From: Thermoplasmata archaeon
Lineage (GTDB): Archaea; Thermoplasmatota; Thermoplasmata; Lutacidiplasmatales; UBA184
NCBI GenBank assembly: GCA_030039135.1
Contig: JASHQN010000098.1
Coordinates: forward strand, 1 to 60,834
Direction: 5' to 3'
DNA: 60,834 bases
Position numbers and translations under genes: made by a program. Of the stretch, positions 18,528-27,803 are shown in pieces. Numbering within the stretch: the first letter of the stretch is position 1; each line of letters begins with the position of its first letter. The notes under the pieces were generated by a model. The model did no database searches and had not been told where the DNA came from. It was given only the letters and a program-made list of their open reading frames with translations.

Positions 18528-20033
18528 CTAAGCGCGGCTCCGTTCGAGCGTGACGACCGATTCTCGGAGGACGAACGAGCGCCGCTGTCCGCTGCGACGG
18601 GAGCGCGCGACGTCGACGGAAACGATCCGGTAGCCGGCCGACTCGGCGAGCCGGGCCGTGAGGAGGTCGCCCGGCACATAGGTCCCCGCGAGCAGCGAGT
18701 CCCCGACGACGAGGACGAACCGGCTTCCGGGCCTCAATGCGTCCCGGACCCGGCGGAGGACCTGGGCGAGATCCGAGAAGTACCGGTGCACGACGGCGTG
18801 CACGTCGTCCCGGCGGTAGGAGCCCTTCCGTTCGACGTTCGCGCGGATCCGGGGCAGGATCTCGTCGAGCCAAGGGTCGGGCGTGGCGACCACGTGACGG
18901 TAGCTGACGGTTTCCGCTCGCGGAAGGTTGTCGCAAGCGACCTGCGCGCTCCGTAGCGAGGCGAGGTCCCGGTACGAGCGCGCGTAGCCGAGCCAGGCGA
19001 GGTCGACCTTGTAGTTCATGACGTAGTCCATTCCGTTCACGTACGGCGGGCTCGTGATGGCGAGGTCGACCGAGCCGGCGGGCCAGACGGCCGTCCTCGC
19101 ATCCTCCTCCCGAACGTTCGCCGGAGGGCCCCACAAGGCCCGGTGCCGCTGAAGCTCGGCGAGGTCCGTGGCCATCTCCCGGACGGCCGCGAGGAACCGC
19201 TCGGCAACCGGGATCTCCTGCCCGGATCGAGAGCGACCGTAGCCGAGGCAGGGAGACCGGTGGAGCCGGCTCGACGGGATGAGGATCCGGCCGAAGGCGA
19301 GCCTTAGCGCGTCCGGAACCGGACGGCCGCCCGCGGGCAAGGCGTCCCTGAGACGCGTAAGGTCGTCGAGCACCGTGGACGAGAACTGACGTCGGGTTTC
19401 CCGCAGGAACGGTAACGCCCCGGGGGTCCGGCTCCGCGCCGAGTCGACCGCACGCGCCGCCGCTCGTTCGAGCCGGCCCACCGGCAGATCGAAGCGGGTC
19501 TTCACCCGGGCCGCGAGGACCGCAGGGGCGAGGAGCTCGGTGCCCAGCGCCTCCGCGCCGGCCCGCCGAGCCTCCACGAGGGTCGTGCCGCTCCCGGCGA
19601 ACGGATCGAGCACGCGCGCGCCGCGAGGGAGGTCCGCGGTCTCGACGATCCCGCGGACGAAGTCGGCGGAGTAACCCTGCACGTACGGCCACCACCGATG
19701 GACCGGCAGCGCTTCGTTGGACCGGAACGTGATCGGCCCCTGAATCCGCCCGAGGCGAACGCCGCTCTCCCGCTCGAAGCGCTCGACGTACGCGACGGGG
19801 TCGACGAAGTCGGGCCGCTCATCGAGCCGCTCGAAGTCCCGGAGGACGTAGAGGCCGCGGCCCATCCGCCGCACGGCCCCGGTTCGAGCGAGGCGCGAGA
19901 GCGCCGCCTCGATGTGATCCGGCGGGCGATCGAGACGGGTGGCCAGCTGGCGCACGGTCGCCCCGACGGGTCCGGACTCCCCGAGGGCCTCCTCTAGCTC
20001 CCCGGCGAACTCCACCATCGGGCCGCCCGGCAC
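18528..20033 (-). CDS. Amino-DNA methyltransferase (probable m4C, alpha order) with N-terminal HTH
   Basis: VLDPFAGSGTT (motif I) precedes ITSPPY (motif IV); HRWWPY..GYS; start 20033 (GTG) or 20018 (ATG). Confidence 0.85.
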   Translation of the reverse strand: MPGGPMVEFAGELEEALGESGPVGATVRQLATRLDRPPDHIEAALSRLARTGAVRRMGRGLYVLRDFERLDERPDFVDPVAYVERFERESGVRLGRIQGPITFRSNEALPVHRWWPYVQGYSADFVRGIVETADLPRGARVLDPFAGSGTTLVEARRAGAEALGTELLAPAVLAARVKTRFDLPVGRLERAAARAVDSARSRTPGALPFLRETRRQFSSTVLDDLTRLRDALPAGGRPVPDALRLAFGRILIPSSRLHRSPCLGYGRSRSGQEIPVAERFLAAVREMATDLAELQRHRALWGPPANVREEDARTAVWPAGSVDLAITSPPYVNGMDYVMNYKVDLAWLGYARSYRDLASLRSAQVACDNLPRAETVSYRHVVATPDPWLDEILPRIRANVERKGSYRRDDVHAVVHRYFSDLAQVLRRVRDALRPGSRFVLVVGDSLLAGTYVPGDLLTARLAESAGYRIVSVDVARSRRSGQRRSFVLRESVVTLERSRA

Positions 20034-20057
20034 GAACCCGGAACTCGCCCACCCCTA

Positions 20058-20975
20058 TTAGGACCGGTGCGGGGCTCTGGGGGCCGGGGCGCCGGCACCG
20101 GTTCCGCCCTTCCGTGACCAGCCTTTCCCCTGTAGCGACTCCTCGACCGTCGCGCGGAGCCGACGCCGACGCCGTCGAAGCTCGTCCCCCCACTCGGTCG
20201 AGACGGTGTCGGGGTCCAGTCCGTCGATGACGATGTCGAAGTCGTGCAGGCGGCCCAGCTCGCCCTGCAACCGCCGCACGACGGGAGGGAGCGGTACCGC
20301 GTGGACGGGGTCGACGCGGGTCTCCAGATCGTGGAGATGACGGAATCGGCGGATGCGGATCCGCAAGCGGTGCAATCGGTTGGCGCTCGGACGGCGCCGG
20401 GCCTTGCGCCGTGCGGTACGGATCCGATCCCATCCTCGCTGCTCCTCCTCGCCGAGCAGCGATCGGAGGACGGCGGGTCCGGTCGACCGCGGCGGGTGGC
20501 GGAGCACCCCGCGCAGTTCCTCGAACAGGTGAGCGTCCCGTTCGGAACGCAGGAACACTTTGAGCAGTTCGCGACCCGTACGGGCATCATCCCGGAGGCG
20601 AGCCCGCAGCCGCGCGACCCGGATCGCGTCCGCCGGCGGCGGCTTCGGCAGATGCGGGTCCTCGATCAAGGCGAGCATTACGTCCCGGTCCCGGACCTGG
20701 CCGACGAGGCGGGCGAGGCGTGCAAGCCGTCGGTCGAGCGGACGCAGGGTCGTGCGGTCGCGAGGGGACAGCAGTCGTTCCCACAAGGACAGCGCGTGCC
20801 GGAGCCGGCGCATGGCGCGATGGAGTGCGTGCAGGCTCTCGGGAGCGGGATGCGGCCGAAGGACGAGGTCGTCGATCGCACGCGTGACGTCCGTAAGAAG
20901 GCGCTCGATATGCCGCGCGAGGTTCGCAACGCCTACTGCCGGACGGGGGCGAGCTCGGGTTGCGGGGCGTGCCAC
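20058..20975 (-). CDS. CHAD domain (polyphosphate-binding) protein
   Basis: LHALHRAMRRLR, LVGQVRDRDV, LHRLRIRIRRFR, LQGELGRLHDFDI; start approximate (GTG 20975). Confidence 0.88.
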   Translation of the reverse strand: MARPATRARPRPAVGVANLARHIERLLTDVTRAIDDLVLRPHPAPESLHALHRAMRRLRHALSLWERLLSPRDRTTLRPLDRRLARLARLVGQVRDRDVMLALIEDPHLPKPPPADAIRVARLRARLRDDARTGRELLKVFLRSERDAHLFEELRGVLRHPPRSTGPAVLRSLLGEEEQRGWDRIRTARRKARRRPSANRLHRLRIRIRRFRHLHDLETRVDPVHAVPLPPVVRRLQGELGRLHDFDIVIDGLDPDTVSTEWGDELRRRRRRLRATVEESLQGKGWSRKGGTGAGAPAPRAPHRS

Positions 20976-21068
20976 GGACGGTGGGAGTGCCGGCGGACTT
21001 AGGGTTGGTGGGGGTGGGACCGCGCGCTTCGACCGCGGATTTCTATAGGGAGGGGGGCTGGGGGAGGC

Positions 21069-22631
21069 ATGCAACGCCCTCGGGTCGCGACGCTCGCGCG
21101 CCCGAGCGATACGGTGCGGGTCCAACCGGACCGCACGATCGGGGTCATCGACCTCGGGTCGAACACGGCCCGCTTCGTCGCGTTTGAAGCATCCGCGTCC
21201 GGCTGTGTGCGGGCGATCTACGAGGCGAAGTCCGCGCCCCGGCTCGGCCTGAACCCGAGGCCCGACGGCCGTCTCTCGACGGAAGCGATCGAGCGAGGGG
21301 TGGCCGCGGTGGCGCGGTTCGCGCGGACGATCCGCGCCTTGGGGATCTCGCGAACCCTCGCCGTCGCGACCAGCGCGGTGCGCGACGCGCCTAACGGCGC
21401 GGAGTTCGTCCGCCAGGTCGAGCGGGCGACCGGGGTGCTCCTGAGGATCATCTCGGGCGCCGAGGAGGCGCGGTACGCCTATCTCGGCATCGCGGGCGCC
21501 TGGGAGCTCGACCACGATCTCATCTGTGACCTCGGCGGCGGCTCCCTGCAGCTCGCCGAGACCCGGGGCCAGCGGCTCCGGAATTCCGTGAGCGTTCCCC
21601 TCGGCGCTCTCCGGCTCTCGCAGCGATTCCTCGACCACGATCCCCCGAAGCGGAGGGAGATGGACGAACTGCGGCGGCACGTCCGCGAAACCCTCGTCTC
21701 GGTGCTCGACGCGTTCGGCGGGAAACGCTACCGGCTCTTCGGGATCGGCGGCACGGTCCGGTCCCTCGCTCGCGCGGCGATCGAGCTGCGCGAGTACCCG
21801 ATCGAGCGCGTCCACGGCTACTCGCTCTGGGATCACGATCTCGAGGCGCTCGCGGAACTCCTGGGCGAGATGTCCGCGGCGAAGCGACGGTCGGTACCGG
21901 GGATCGGTTCGGATCGCGCGGACGTCGTGGTCGCTGGGCTCGTCGTCCTACGGGAGCTCATCCGCGCGACCGGAGCGGAGCGGATCCTCGTTTCCGGCAC
22001 CGGCATCCGCGATGGGATCGCGCTCGAGGCGATCGGAGCCCCGCTGCCGGCGTCGGCCGAGGTCCTCGCCGAGCGGTCGGTCGAGGCGGCCGCCGAGTCG
22101 CTCGCCTTCGAGATCGATCACGGACGGGAGGTCGCCGACACCGCGCTCGCGCTCTTCGGCGTGCTGCGGTCGCGTTTCGATTGGGGCCGGAGCGACGCGC
22201 TGGCGCTACGCGTCGCCGGTTGGATGCACGATGCGGGCACGGCGATCGACTTCTGGCGACACGCCCACCACTCCGCCTACCTCATCCAGAACTACCCGAT
22301 CCGGGGCCTCGACCAGCGCGAGGTGCTCCTCGCCTCGATCACCGCCTACCTGCACGATGGGGGCGACATCCCGTCCGAATGGAAGCGAGGGTTCCTGCCG
22401 ATCCTTCAGAGCGAGGATCTCGATACCGCGCGTCGTCTGGGGGCGGTGCTCGGGGTGGCGACGCTGACCGTGGCGGGGCGGCCCCGATTCGCCTCGAGCG
22501 GCGGAGGGCGCTCCGTCACGGTGACGTTTTCTGCGGCCGATCGTACGATGCTCGAGGATCAGTGGGAAGACAAGGTCCGGAAAGGGATGGAGCGGGTCCT
22601 GGAGACGGAGGTGCGCTTCCGTGATAGCTGA
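21069..22631 (+). CDS. ppx: Ppx/GppA family exopolyphosphatase with HD domain
   Basis: IDLGSNT, ATSAVRDAPN, GAEEA, DLGGGSLQ, GIRDG, WMHDAG. Confidence 0.93.
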   Translation: MQRPRVATLARPSDTVRVQPDRTIGVIDLGSNTARFVAFEASASGCVRAIYEAKSAPRLGLNPRPDGRLSTEAIERGVAAVARFARTIRALGISRTLAVATSAVRDAPNGAEFVRQVERATGVLLRIISGAEEARYAYLGIAGAWELDHDLICDLGGGSLQLAETRGQRLRNSVSVPLGALRLSQRFLDHDPPKRREMDELRRHVRETLVSVLDAFGGKRYRLFGIGGTVRSLARAAIELREYPIERVHGYSLWDHDLEALAELLGEMSAAKRRSVPGIGSDRADVVVAGLVVLRELIRATGAERILVSGTGIRDGIALEAIGAPLPASAEVLAERSVEAAAESLAFEIDHGREVADTALALFGVLRSRFDWGRSDALALRVAGWMHDAGTAIDFWRHAHHSAYLIQNYPIRGLDQREVLLASITAYLHDGGDIPSEWKRGFLPILQSEDLDTARRLGAVLGVATLTVAGRPRFASSGGGRSVTVTFSAADRTMLEDQWEDKVRKGMERVLETEVRFRDS

Positions 22632-23322
22632 CCGCCCGAGCCCGACCCACGGCTTCCCGGGCCGGCTCTTCGTCTTCGAGGGGCTCGACGGCAGCGGCAA
22701 ATCGACCCAGGCCGCGCTCCTCGGCAAGTGGCTCCAGGCGCGCGGCTACCGGGTGTTCTTCACCGAGTGGAACTCCTCGGAGCTCATCGCCGAGACGATC
22801 CGCCGGGGCAAGAAGAAGAACCTGCTGACTCCCACGACGTTCAGCCTCCTCCACGCGACGGACTTTGCCGATCGGTTCGAGCGCAAGATCCTTCCTCCCC
22901 TGCGGGCGGGGTATGTGGTCGTTTGCGACCGGTACGCCTACACCGCCTTCGTGCGGGACGCGGCCCGGGGCTGCGACCCGAACTGGGTCCGGAACATCTA
23001 CTCGTTCGCCCCCCGGGCCGATTGCATCTTCTACTTCCGTGTCCCCGTTTCCGTGACCCTGAAACGCAAGATCGCCTCGCGGCTCAAGATCAACTACTAC
23101 GAGGCCGGTATGGACCTCGGGCTTTCGGACGACCTCCACGAGAGCTACGAGAGGTTCCAGGGCCGCCTGAAGCGCGAGTACGACCGCATCTCCCGGCAGG
23201 ACGACTTCGTCGTGATCGACTCCACCCGGCCGGTCGAGGCGATCCAGGCCGACCTGCGCAGTTACGTGGAGCCGATCCTCAAGGACTTCCCGACCGGAGA
23301 GAGGCTGCTGCACGATGAATAG
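22621..23322 (+). CDS. Thymidylate-kinase-like protein, candidate polyphosphate kinase catalytic subunit
   Basis: FEGLDGSGKST, TEWNSS, CDRYAYTAFVRDAARG, YYEAGMD. Confidence 0.8.
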   Translation: MIADRPSPTHGFPGRLFVFEGLDGSGKSTQAALLGKWLQARGYRVFFTEWNSSELIAETIRRGKKKNLLTPTTFSLLHATDFADRFERKILPPLRAGYVVVCDRYAYTAFVRDAARGCDPNWVRNIYSFAPRADCIFYFRVPVSVTLKRKIASRLKINYYEAGMDLGLSDDLHESYERFQGRLKREYDRISRQDDFVVIDSTRPVEAIQADLRSYVEPILKDFPTGERLLHDE

Positions 23323-24067
23323 AACGTACGGTACCCGCCTTCCCGGCCTCCCCGAGGGACCGCTCTCCGGGAAGCTCATCGTCATCGAAGGGGCCGACGG
23401 CTCCGGCCGATCGACCGAGGTGGAGATGCTGAAGGCCGCGCTCGAGGTCGACGGCCACGCGGTCATCGACACGGGCCTGCGGCGCTCGACGCTGGTCGCC
23501 GACGAGATCGACCGGGCGAAGCAGGGCCACACCCTCGGTGCGACGACCATGGCGCTCCTGTATGCCGCCGACTTCGCCGATCAGCTCGAGAACAAGATGG
23601 TGCCCGCCCTCTCCGCGGGCAGCACCGTCCTCGCGGATCGGTACGTCTACACGCTCATGGCCCGGGCGGTCGTCCGCGGCGCCTCCCGCGGCTGGGCCCG
23701 CGAGCTCTACGGCTTCGCGCTGCGGCCCGACCTCGTCATCTTCCTCGAGGCCCGACCTGAAATCCTCCTCCACCGCGCGATCTCGAAGTACGGCTCGCTC
23801 GACTACTGGGAATCCGGTATGGACCTTTCGCTCTCGCGCGACCTCTTCGAGAGCTTCTTCCTCTACCAGGCCCGCCTCTCGAACGAGTTCGCCTGGATCG
23901 CCGAGGAGTTCGGGTTCCATCGGGTCGATGCGAACCGCGCGCCCGAGATGGTGCACACCGACGTGCTCGCCCTCGTCGCGCCGCTCTACGCTCCGCGAGC
24001 GGTGAGGGCGCCGGGCGGTCCGAAGGTCAAGACCGCGCGGCCCGCGCCGCGAGCTGCTTCCGCGTGA
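23315..24067 (+). CDS. Thymidylate-kinase-like protein with altered P-loop, candidate regulatory subunit
   Basis: IEGADGSGRST (Lys to Arg), ADRYVYTLMAR, YWESGMD; clearly paralogous to the upstream gene. Confidence 0.8.
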   Translation: MNRTYGTRLPGLPEGPLSGKLIVIEGADGSGRSTEVEMLKAALEVDGHAVIDTGLRRSTLVADEIDRAKQGHTLGATTMALLYAADFADQLENKMVPALSAGSTVLADRYVYTLMARAVVRGASRGWARELYGFALRPDLVIFLEARPEILLHRAISKYGSLDYWESGMDLSLSRDLFESFFLYQARLSNEFAWIAEEFGFHRVDANRAPEMVHTDVLALVAPLYAPRAVRAPGGPKVKTARPAPRAASA

Positions 24068-24560
24068 GGAGCCAGAGGAGCCTCCCCGAGCCCGGACGGA
24101 TCGCCGCCGGGAACTCGACACACGCGGCGCCACCCTTCGTCAACCTCGCGAGGGCGACCCCGTCCCCGGTGAGAGCGAGCCCGATGAGCTCGGCGAGCAC
24201 CGGGTCGTGGCCCACCACGACGCCCTGCGCGCTCCCGTGAAGGCTGCGGGCGAGCCGGCCGAGGATCGCGTCGGCCGGGCCGCCGAGGTCGAGCTCCGGC
24301 CAGAGGGCGACGCGCCGGGGAGGGTCGAGTGCTCGCCCGATGAGCTCCGCGGTGCGTCGGGTCCGCAGGGCCGGGCCGGACGCGACGAACGAGGCTTTCC
24401 CGAGGAGCTCTCCGAGGGCGGCTGCGACCCGCCGTGTCTGGCGCGCCCCGTCTTCGCTCAGCGGGCGGAGCCGATCGTCCGGCCAGCGGGCGGGGTCGCG
24501 GACCTCGGCCGGTCCGTGGCGGACGACCACGACCCGCGCCTGATGCACCCGCTCCGGCAT
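24027..24560 (-). CDS. sixA: SixA-like histidine phosphatase
   Basis: VVRHGPA, D..RPLS..G, R...TA, VGHDP. Confidence 0.88.
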   Translation of the reverse strand: MPERVHQARVVVVRHGPAEVRDPARWPDDRLRPLSEDGARQTRRVAAALGELLGKASFVASGPALRTRRTAELIGRALDPPRRVALWPELDLGGPADAILGRLARSLHGSAQGVVVGHDPVLAELIGLALTGDGVALARLTKGGAACVEFPAAIRPGSGRLLWLLTRKQLAARAARS

Positions 24561-24623
24561 CGATGTCCCCCTGCCCGCCCGGCCCTCCCAAAACTCGTGC
24601 GGAGGGCAAAACGGGTTCGGCCG

Positions 24624-25685
24624 TCAGCGGGCGCGCGCCGGTAGCGTGTCGCCGGCCGCGGCGTCCGGGAACGTGACGGGGATCGCGCGGTCGAGCGCGA
24701 CCTGCGCGATGTCCTGCGCGTAGGCGATCGTCCGTCCGATCGACTCGAGGATCCGGGCGACCGCGGCCGCGGTCGCCGGCGGCATCGTTCCGCCGCCGAC
24801 GGCGGGCAGCAGCCGATCGGAGAGGGCTCGCCCCGACGCGAGGAGCGCCTCTCCGAGGTCGAGGAGGTCGTTCGCGGTCGCGTCGTCCGGAGTTCGCAGC
24901 ACCCCTTCGAGGTGCGCCATCGCCTGACCGTGGAACTGGCGCAGGGACGTCACCGGTCCGTTTCCGTTCGGGAGCTCGCAGAGTCGGCGGCCCGCCTCGC
25001 CGATCACGGTCGCGTGGTCCGCGATCCGTTCGAGGCTGCGCGCTACGGTCCAGGGACCCAAGAGCGAGATCCCGAACCCATCGAGCCCGAGCCGGAGCGC
25101 GGCGAGGCGCTGGACGTACCACGCCTCCCGATCGATCTCGTCATCGCGCTGTTCCCAGTAACGGTCGTCGCCGAGCGGTAGGTGCGCCCAGCTCTCGACC
25201 GCCTCGCGGTGGAACTCGATGACGATCCGCCCCATCCGGCTCAGCCGTTGGGCGAGCGGTACGGGGCTATCGTAGGCGAGGTCTTTCAGCCGGAGCACTC
25301 CGAACTCGTCCCACACGATCTCGGGTTGGCGGGTCCGACGGCAGAACGTCCGGACGACCTCCCGGGTCCCGGGGGTGATCCGGGGCTGCTCCCGCACGAC
25401 GAACTCACGCGCACCGCCGAGGTACGCACCGAGCAGTCGGCGGAAGAGATGCTCGGGAAGTTCGCCGCGGTGGACCGCGAGCCGGGCGACCGAAGGTTGC
25501 CCGAGGACGATCGCGCCAAACGGCGGCGCGACCCGGACGATTGGTCGCTCCGCCACCACGCTACGGGTTCTCGATCGAAACGGGTCGCGGGAATCTCCCG
25601 CACGGGCTTGTGGGCGCGGACCCTGCGTAGGTCCGTCCTCGCGGATGGGACGCGTCGCAGCGCGTCCGTCGGGTTTCCTCTTCAT
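24624..25685 (-). CDS. Archaeal PhoU-like phosphate uptake regulator
   Basis: RRLLGAYLGG, DDEIDR, VARSLERIADHA, LESIGRTIAYAQDIA. Confidence 0.78.
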   Translation of the reverse strand: MKRKPDGRAATRPIREDGPTQGPRPQARAGDSRDPFRSRTRSVVAERPIVRVAPPFGAIVLGQPSVARLAVHRGELPEHLFRRLLGAYLGGAREFVVREQPRITPGTREVVRTFCRRTRQPEIVWDEFGVLRLKDLAYDSPVPLAQRLSRMGRIVIEFHREAVESWAHLPLGDDRYWEQRDDEIDREAWYVQRLAALRLGLDGFGISLLGPWTVARSLERIADHATVIGEAGRRLCELPNGNGPVTSLRQFHGQAMAHLEGVLRTPDDATANDLLDLGEALLASGRALSDRLLPAVGGGTMPPATAAAVARILESIGRTIAYAQDIAQVALDRAIPVTFPDAAAGDTLPARAR

Positions 25686-25708
25686 CGAGACGGACTAGGG
25701 CCATCTCA

Positions 25709-25757
25709 GAATATATAGAATTTCAATTTAGACTATATCCGCTTCCATAGATATAAT
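25709..25757 (-). promoter_or_regulatory. AT-rich promoter/operator region of the phoU-like gene
   Basis: About 50 nt AT-rich island with ATATAG (25713-18)/CTATAT (25733-38) inverted repeat and ATAGATATA (25747-55). Confidence 0.6.
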
Positions 25758-25853
25758 GTGGGCGAGACGCCCCCCCGCCACTCGTCCCTCGAGGCGACGG
25801 CGGCCAATGAACGGCCGGGTCGCGGGGATCGAGCGCGCGTCCTACCTTCGCGA

Positions 25854-25926
25854 TGGGCCGGGGCGGAATCGAACCGCCGATCTCCGCGTTGTAAGCGCGG
25901 CGTCATCACCCCTAGACCACCGGCCC
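25854..25926 (-). tRNA. tRNA-Val(TAC)
   Basis: GGGCCGG acceptor stem, anticodon arm CCGCG-CTTACAA-CGCGG, GGTTCGATTCC T-arm, 73 nt, no encoded CCA. Confidence 0.96.
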
Positions 25927-27777
25927 CTCGCCCGAAGCAGGCGCCTTCTCGGACATGGGCATGTCGGTCGGAGCGCGGGCCCGGTGCCGCACGCGGACCG
26001 CGAGGCCGTGACGAAGCTCGGTCATCAGCGGTCCGGGGAGCGCGGCCTCCCCGACGCCCGCGAGGCCGCCGTTCTGCAGCAGGACGACGCTGTCGCCCGA
26101 ACGGATCTCTCGATCGGCGGCGCGCACTCCGGGCGTGAACAGATCACCAGCCAGGGAGATCGTCGGATCGACCTCGACCGCGAGTGGGGGGAGGGGAAGG
26201 AGGCGCCGGGCCCCGGTGATCGTCAGGTGCAGAAGGCCTCGCTCTTCACGGACCGTGGCGAGGTCGTTACGCCCGTCCGTAAGGCGTTGGAACCAGGGCC
26301 GCCCCGCGAGCCGCACGGGGGCCGTGAGCAGGCGCCCGGCGGCGGGTCGGCCGAACTGGAAGCTCGCGAGCTCGCCCAGCTCCTCGCGCACGACGGCGAG
26401 CGGACCGCCGGGGACGGACGGCTCGGTCGCGAGAGCTTCGCCGACCGCCTCGCGAAGCGCCGCGAGGGCCCCTGCGGCAGTGGTCCGATCGTCGACGAGG
26501 GTCCACCGGACCCGCAGAGGGCCGGCGAGGGCCGCCCGGACGAACGCGTACTCCTGAGGATCGAGGTGGACCACGACCGAGCGGTAGCGACCGTACGTGA
26601 GCAGGTGCCGGATCCCCTCCAGCACGGCCTCGCGCTCGGGCTCGGTCCACTCCCCGGTCACGGGGATGTCGTAGTGCCGGGCCGGCGGTACGTCTTCGAG
26701 CTCGCGGGGGACGACGCCGATCGGCGAGCTGACCGAGACGAGGTGGAGCCGTTCGAGCCCGCGCAACCCGTCGAGGGCGTGCGCGAAGCGACGGTGAGAG
26801 CGCGAGGCACGGTAGGGCTTCGTCTTCGAGCAGGGGACGAGCAGGAGGACCGCCTTCGATGGCGGCGGCCGGTACCGCTCCCGCAGTCTTCCGCGGAACC
26901 GGACCATCTCGGGACGACGGTGAGCTTCCGCGATCGAGTAGTTGCGCACACCCTCGGCGGTTACGGGAGCCCGTTCTTCGAGCGCGGCGGCGAGGTCCCG
27001 GTCGGCGTAGCGGAGCATCTCCGCGAGCGCCGATTCGGCGGGGAGCCGCGACTCGACGAGCTCGCGCAGGCGACCGGCCCGCGCCGCGGCCCGGACTTCC
27101 GAAAGTGCACGACGGTACGCCGACCGGGTGTGGTCTTCGAGGCGGCCTGGCGGAAGGCTTCGGCAGGCGGGGCACTCGCAGAGCCGCTCCTCGCGAGCGA
27201 CCGTAGGATCCATCCGACCTAGGGCCGGATCGAGGAACCGGCCCCCGGAGGCCTCGAGGAGCCCTTCGGTGGCGTCGACGAGGTCGATCCCGAGGTACGC
27301 GAGGAAGGCCAGGCGATGAGGAAGGGCAACGCGAGGCGCCCAGAGGAGCGGAGCCGCTCCGTACACGGCCCGCGCCTCGCCGACCGCGCGCACGAACGGT
27401 TCCCCTGCGTCCCAGAGCGCGCGAGCGTTCCCGAGGACGACCAGCTCCGGACGATCGGAGAAGGGGATCGGCGACGGCGGCGTCGCGAGCGGAGCGTGGA
27501 CCAGGACCGTTCCGGGGCCCGCCGGGACTCCGGCGTCCGGGGCTCCCAGAATCTCCGGTGCAAGGATCGGCACCGCGAGCTCGAGCCGGCCCGTCCCGTC
27601 GGAGATCGTTATGCCTCGCGTTCCGGACGGGGCCGGTCGGCTCTCGATCGTTAGCTCGGGGGAGGCCGACCCCGGCCCGAGCGGCTCGATGAGTCCCGGC
27701 GTGCGGACGGTCAGCGGGCCGACGCTCGCTCGCCCGAGGAGCGCCAGCCCGTCCCAGCAGTCGACGGTTCTCCCCAC
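25912..27777 (-). CDS. arcS: Archaeosine synthase alpha subunit (TGT-like + PUA)
   Basis: TGT-like N-terminus (DGLA..G, VRTP), LLVPCSKTKPYRASRSH, SPIGVVPRELE..P..HYDIPVTGEW, C-terminal PUA domain; start approximate (GTG 27777). Confidence 0.9.
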   Translation of the reverse strand: MGRTVDCWDGLALLGRASVGPLTVRTPGLIEPLGPGSASPELTIESRPAPSGTRGITISDGTGRLELAVPILAPEILGAPDAGVPAGPGTVLVHAPLATPPSPIPFSDRPELVVLGNARALWDAGEPFVRAVGEARAVYGAAPLLWAPRVALPHRLAFLAYLGIDLVDATEGLLEASGGRFLDPALGRMDPTVAREERLCECPACRSLPPGRLEDHTRSAYRRALSEVRAAARAGRLRELVESRLPAESALAEMLRYADRDLAAALEERAPVTAEGVRNYSIAEAHRRPEMVRFRGRLRERYRPPPSKAVLLLVPCSKTKPYRASRSHRRFAHALDGLRGLERLHLVSVSSPIGVVPRELEDVPPARHYDIPVTGEWTEPEREAVLEGIRHLLTYGRYRSVVVHLDPQEYAFVRAALAGPLRVRWTLVDDRTTAAGALAALREAVGEALATEPSVPGGPLAVVREELGELASFQFGRPAAGRLLTAPVRLAGRPWFQRLTDGRNDLATVREERGLLHLTITGARRLLPLPPLAVEVDPTISLAGDLFTPGVRAADREIRSGDSVVLLQNGGLAGVGEAALPGPLMTELRHGLAVRVRHRARAPTDMPMSEKAPASGEGPVV

Positions 27778-27803
27778 GGTCGTCGGGTGCGCCTCGCCGC
27801 GGC

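Noticed and set aside
17358..25926. tRNA-Val-anchored genomic island covering the methyltransferase and polyP locus
   Set aside because: No integrase or compositional shift; the only att-like match is 11 nt of pure G/C (GGGCCGGGGCG at 20081), expected by chance
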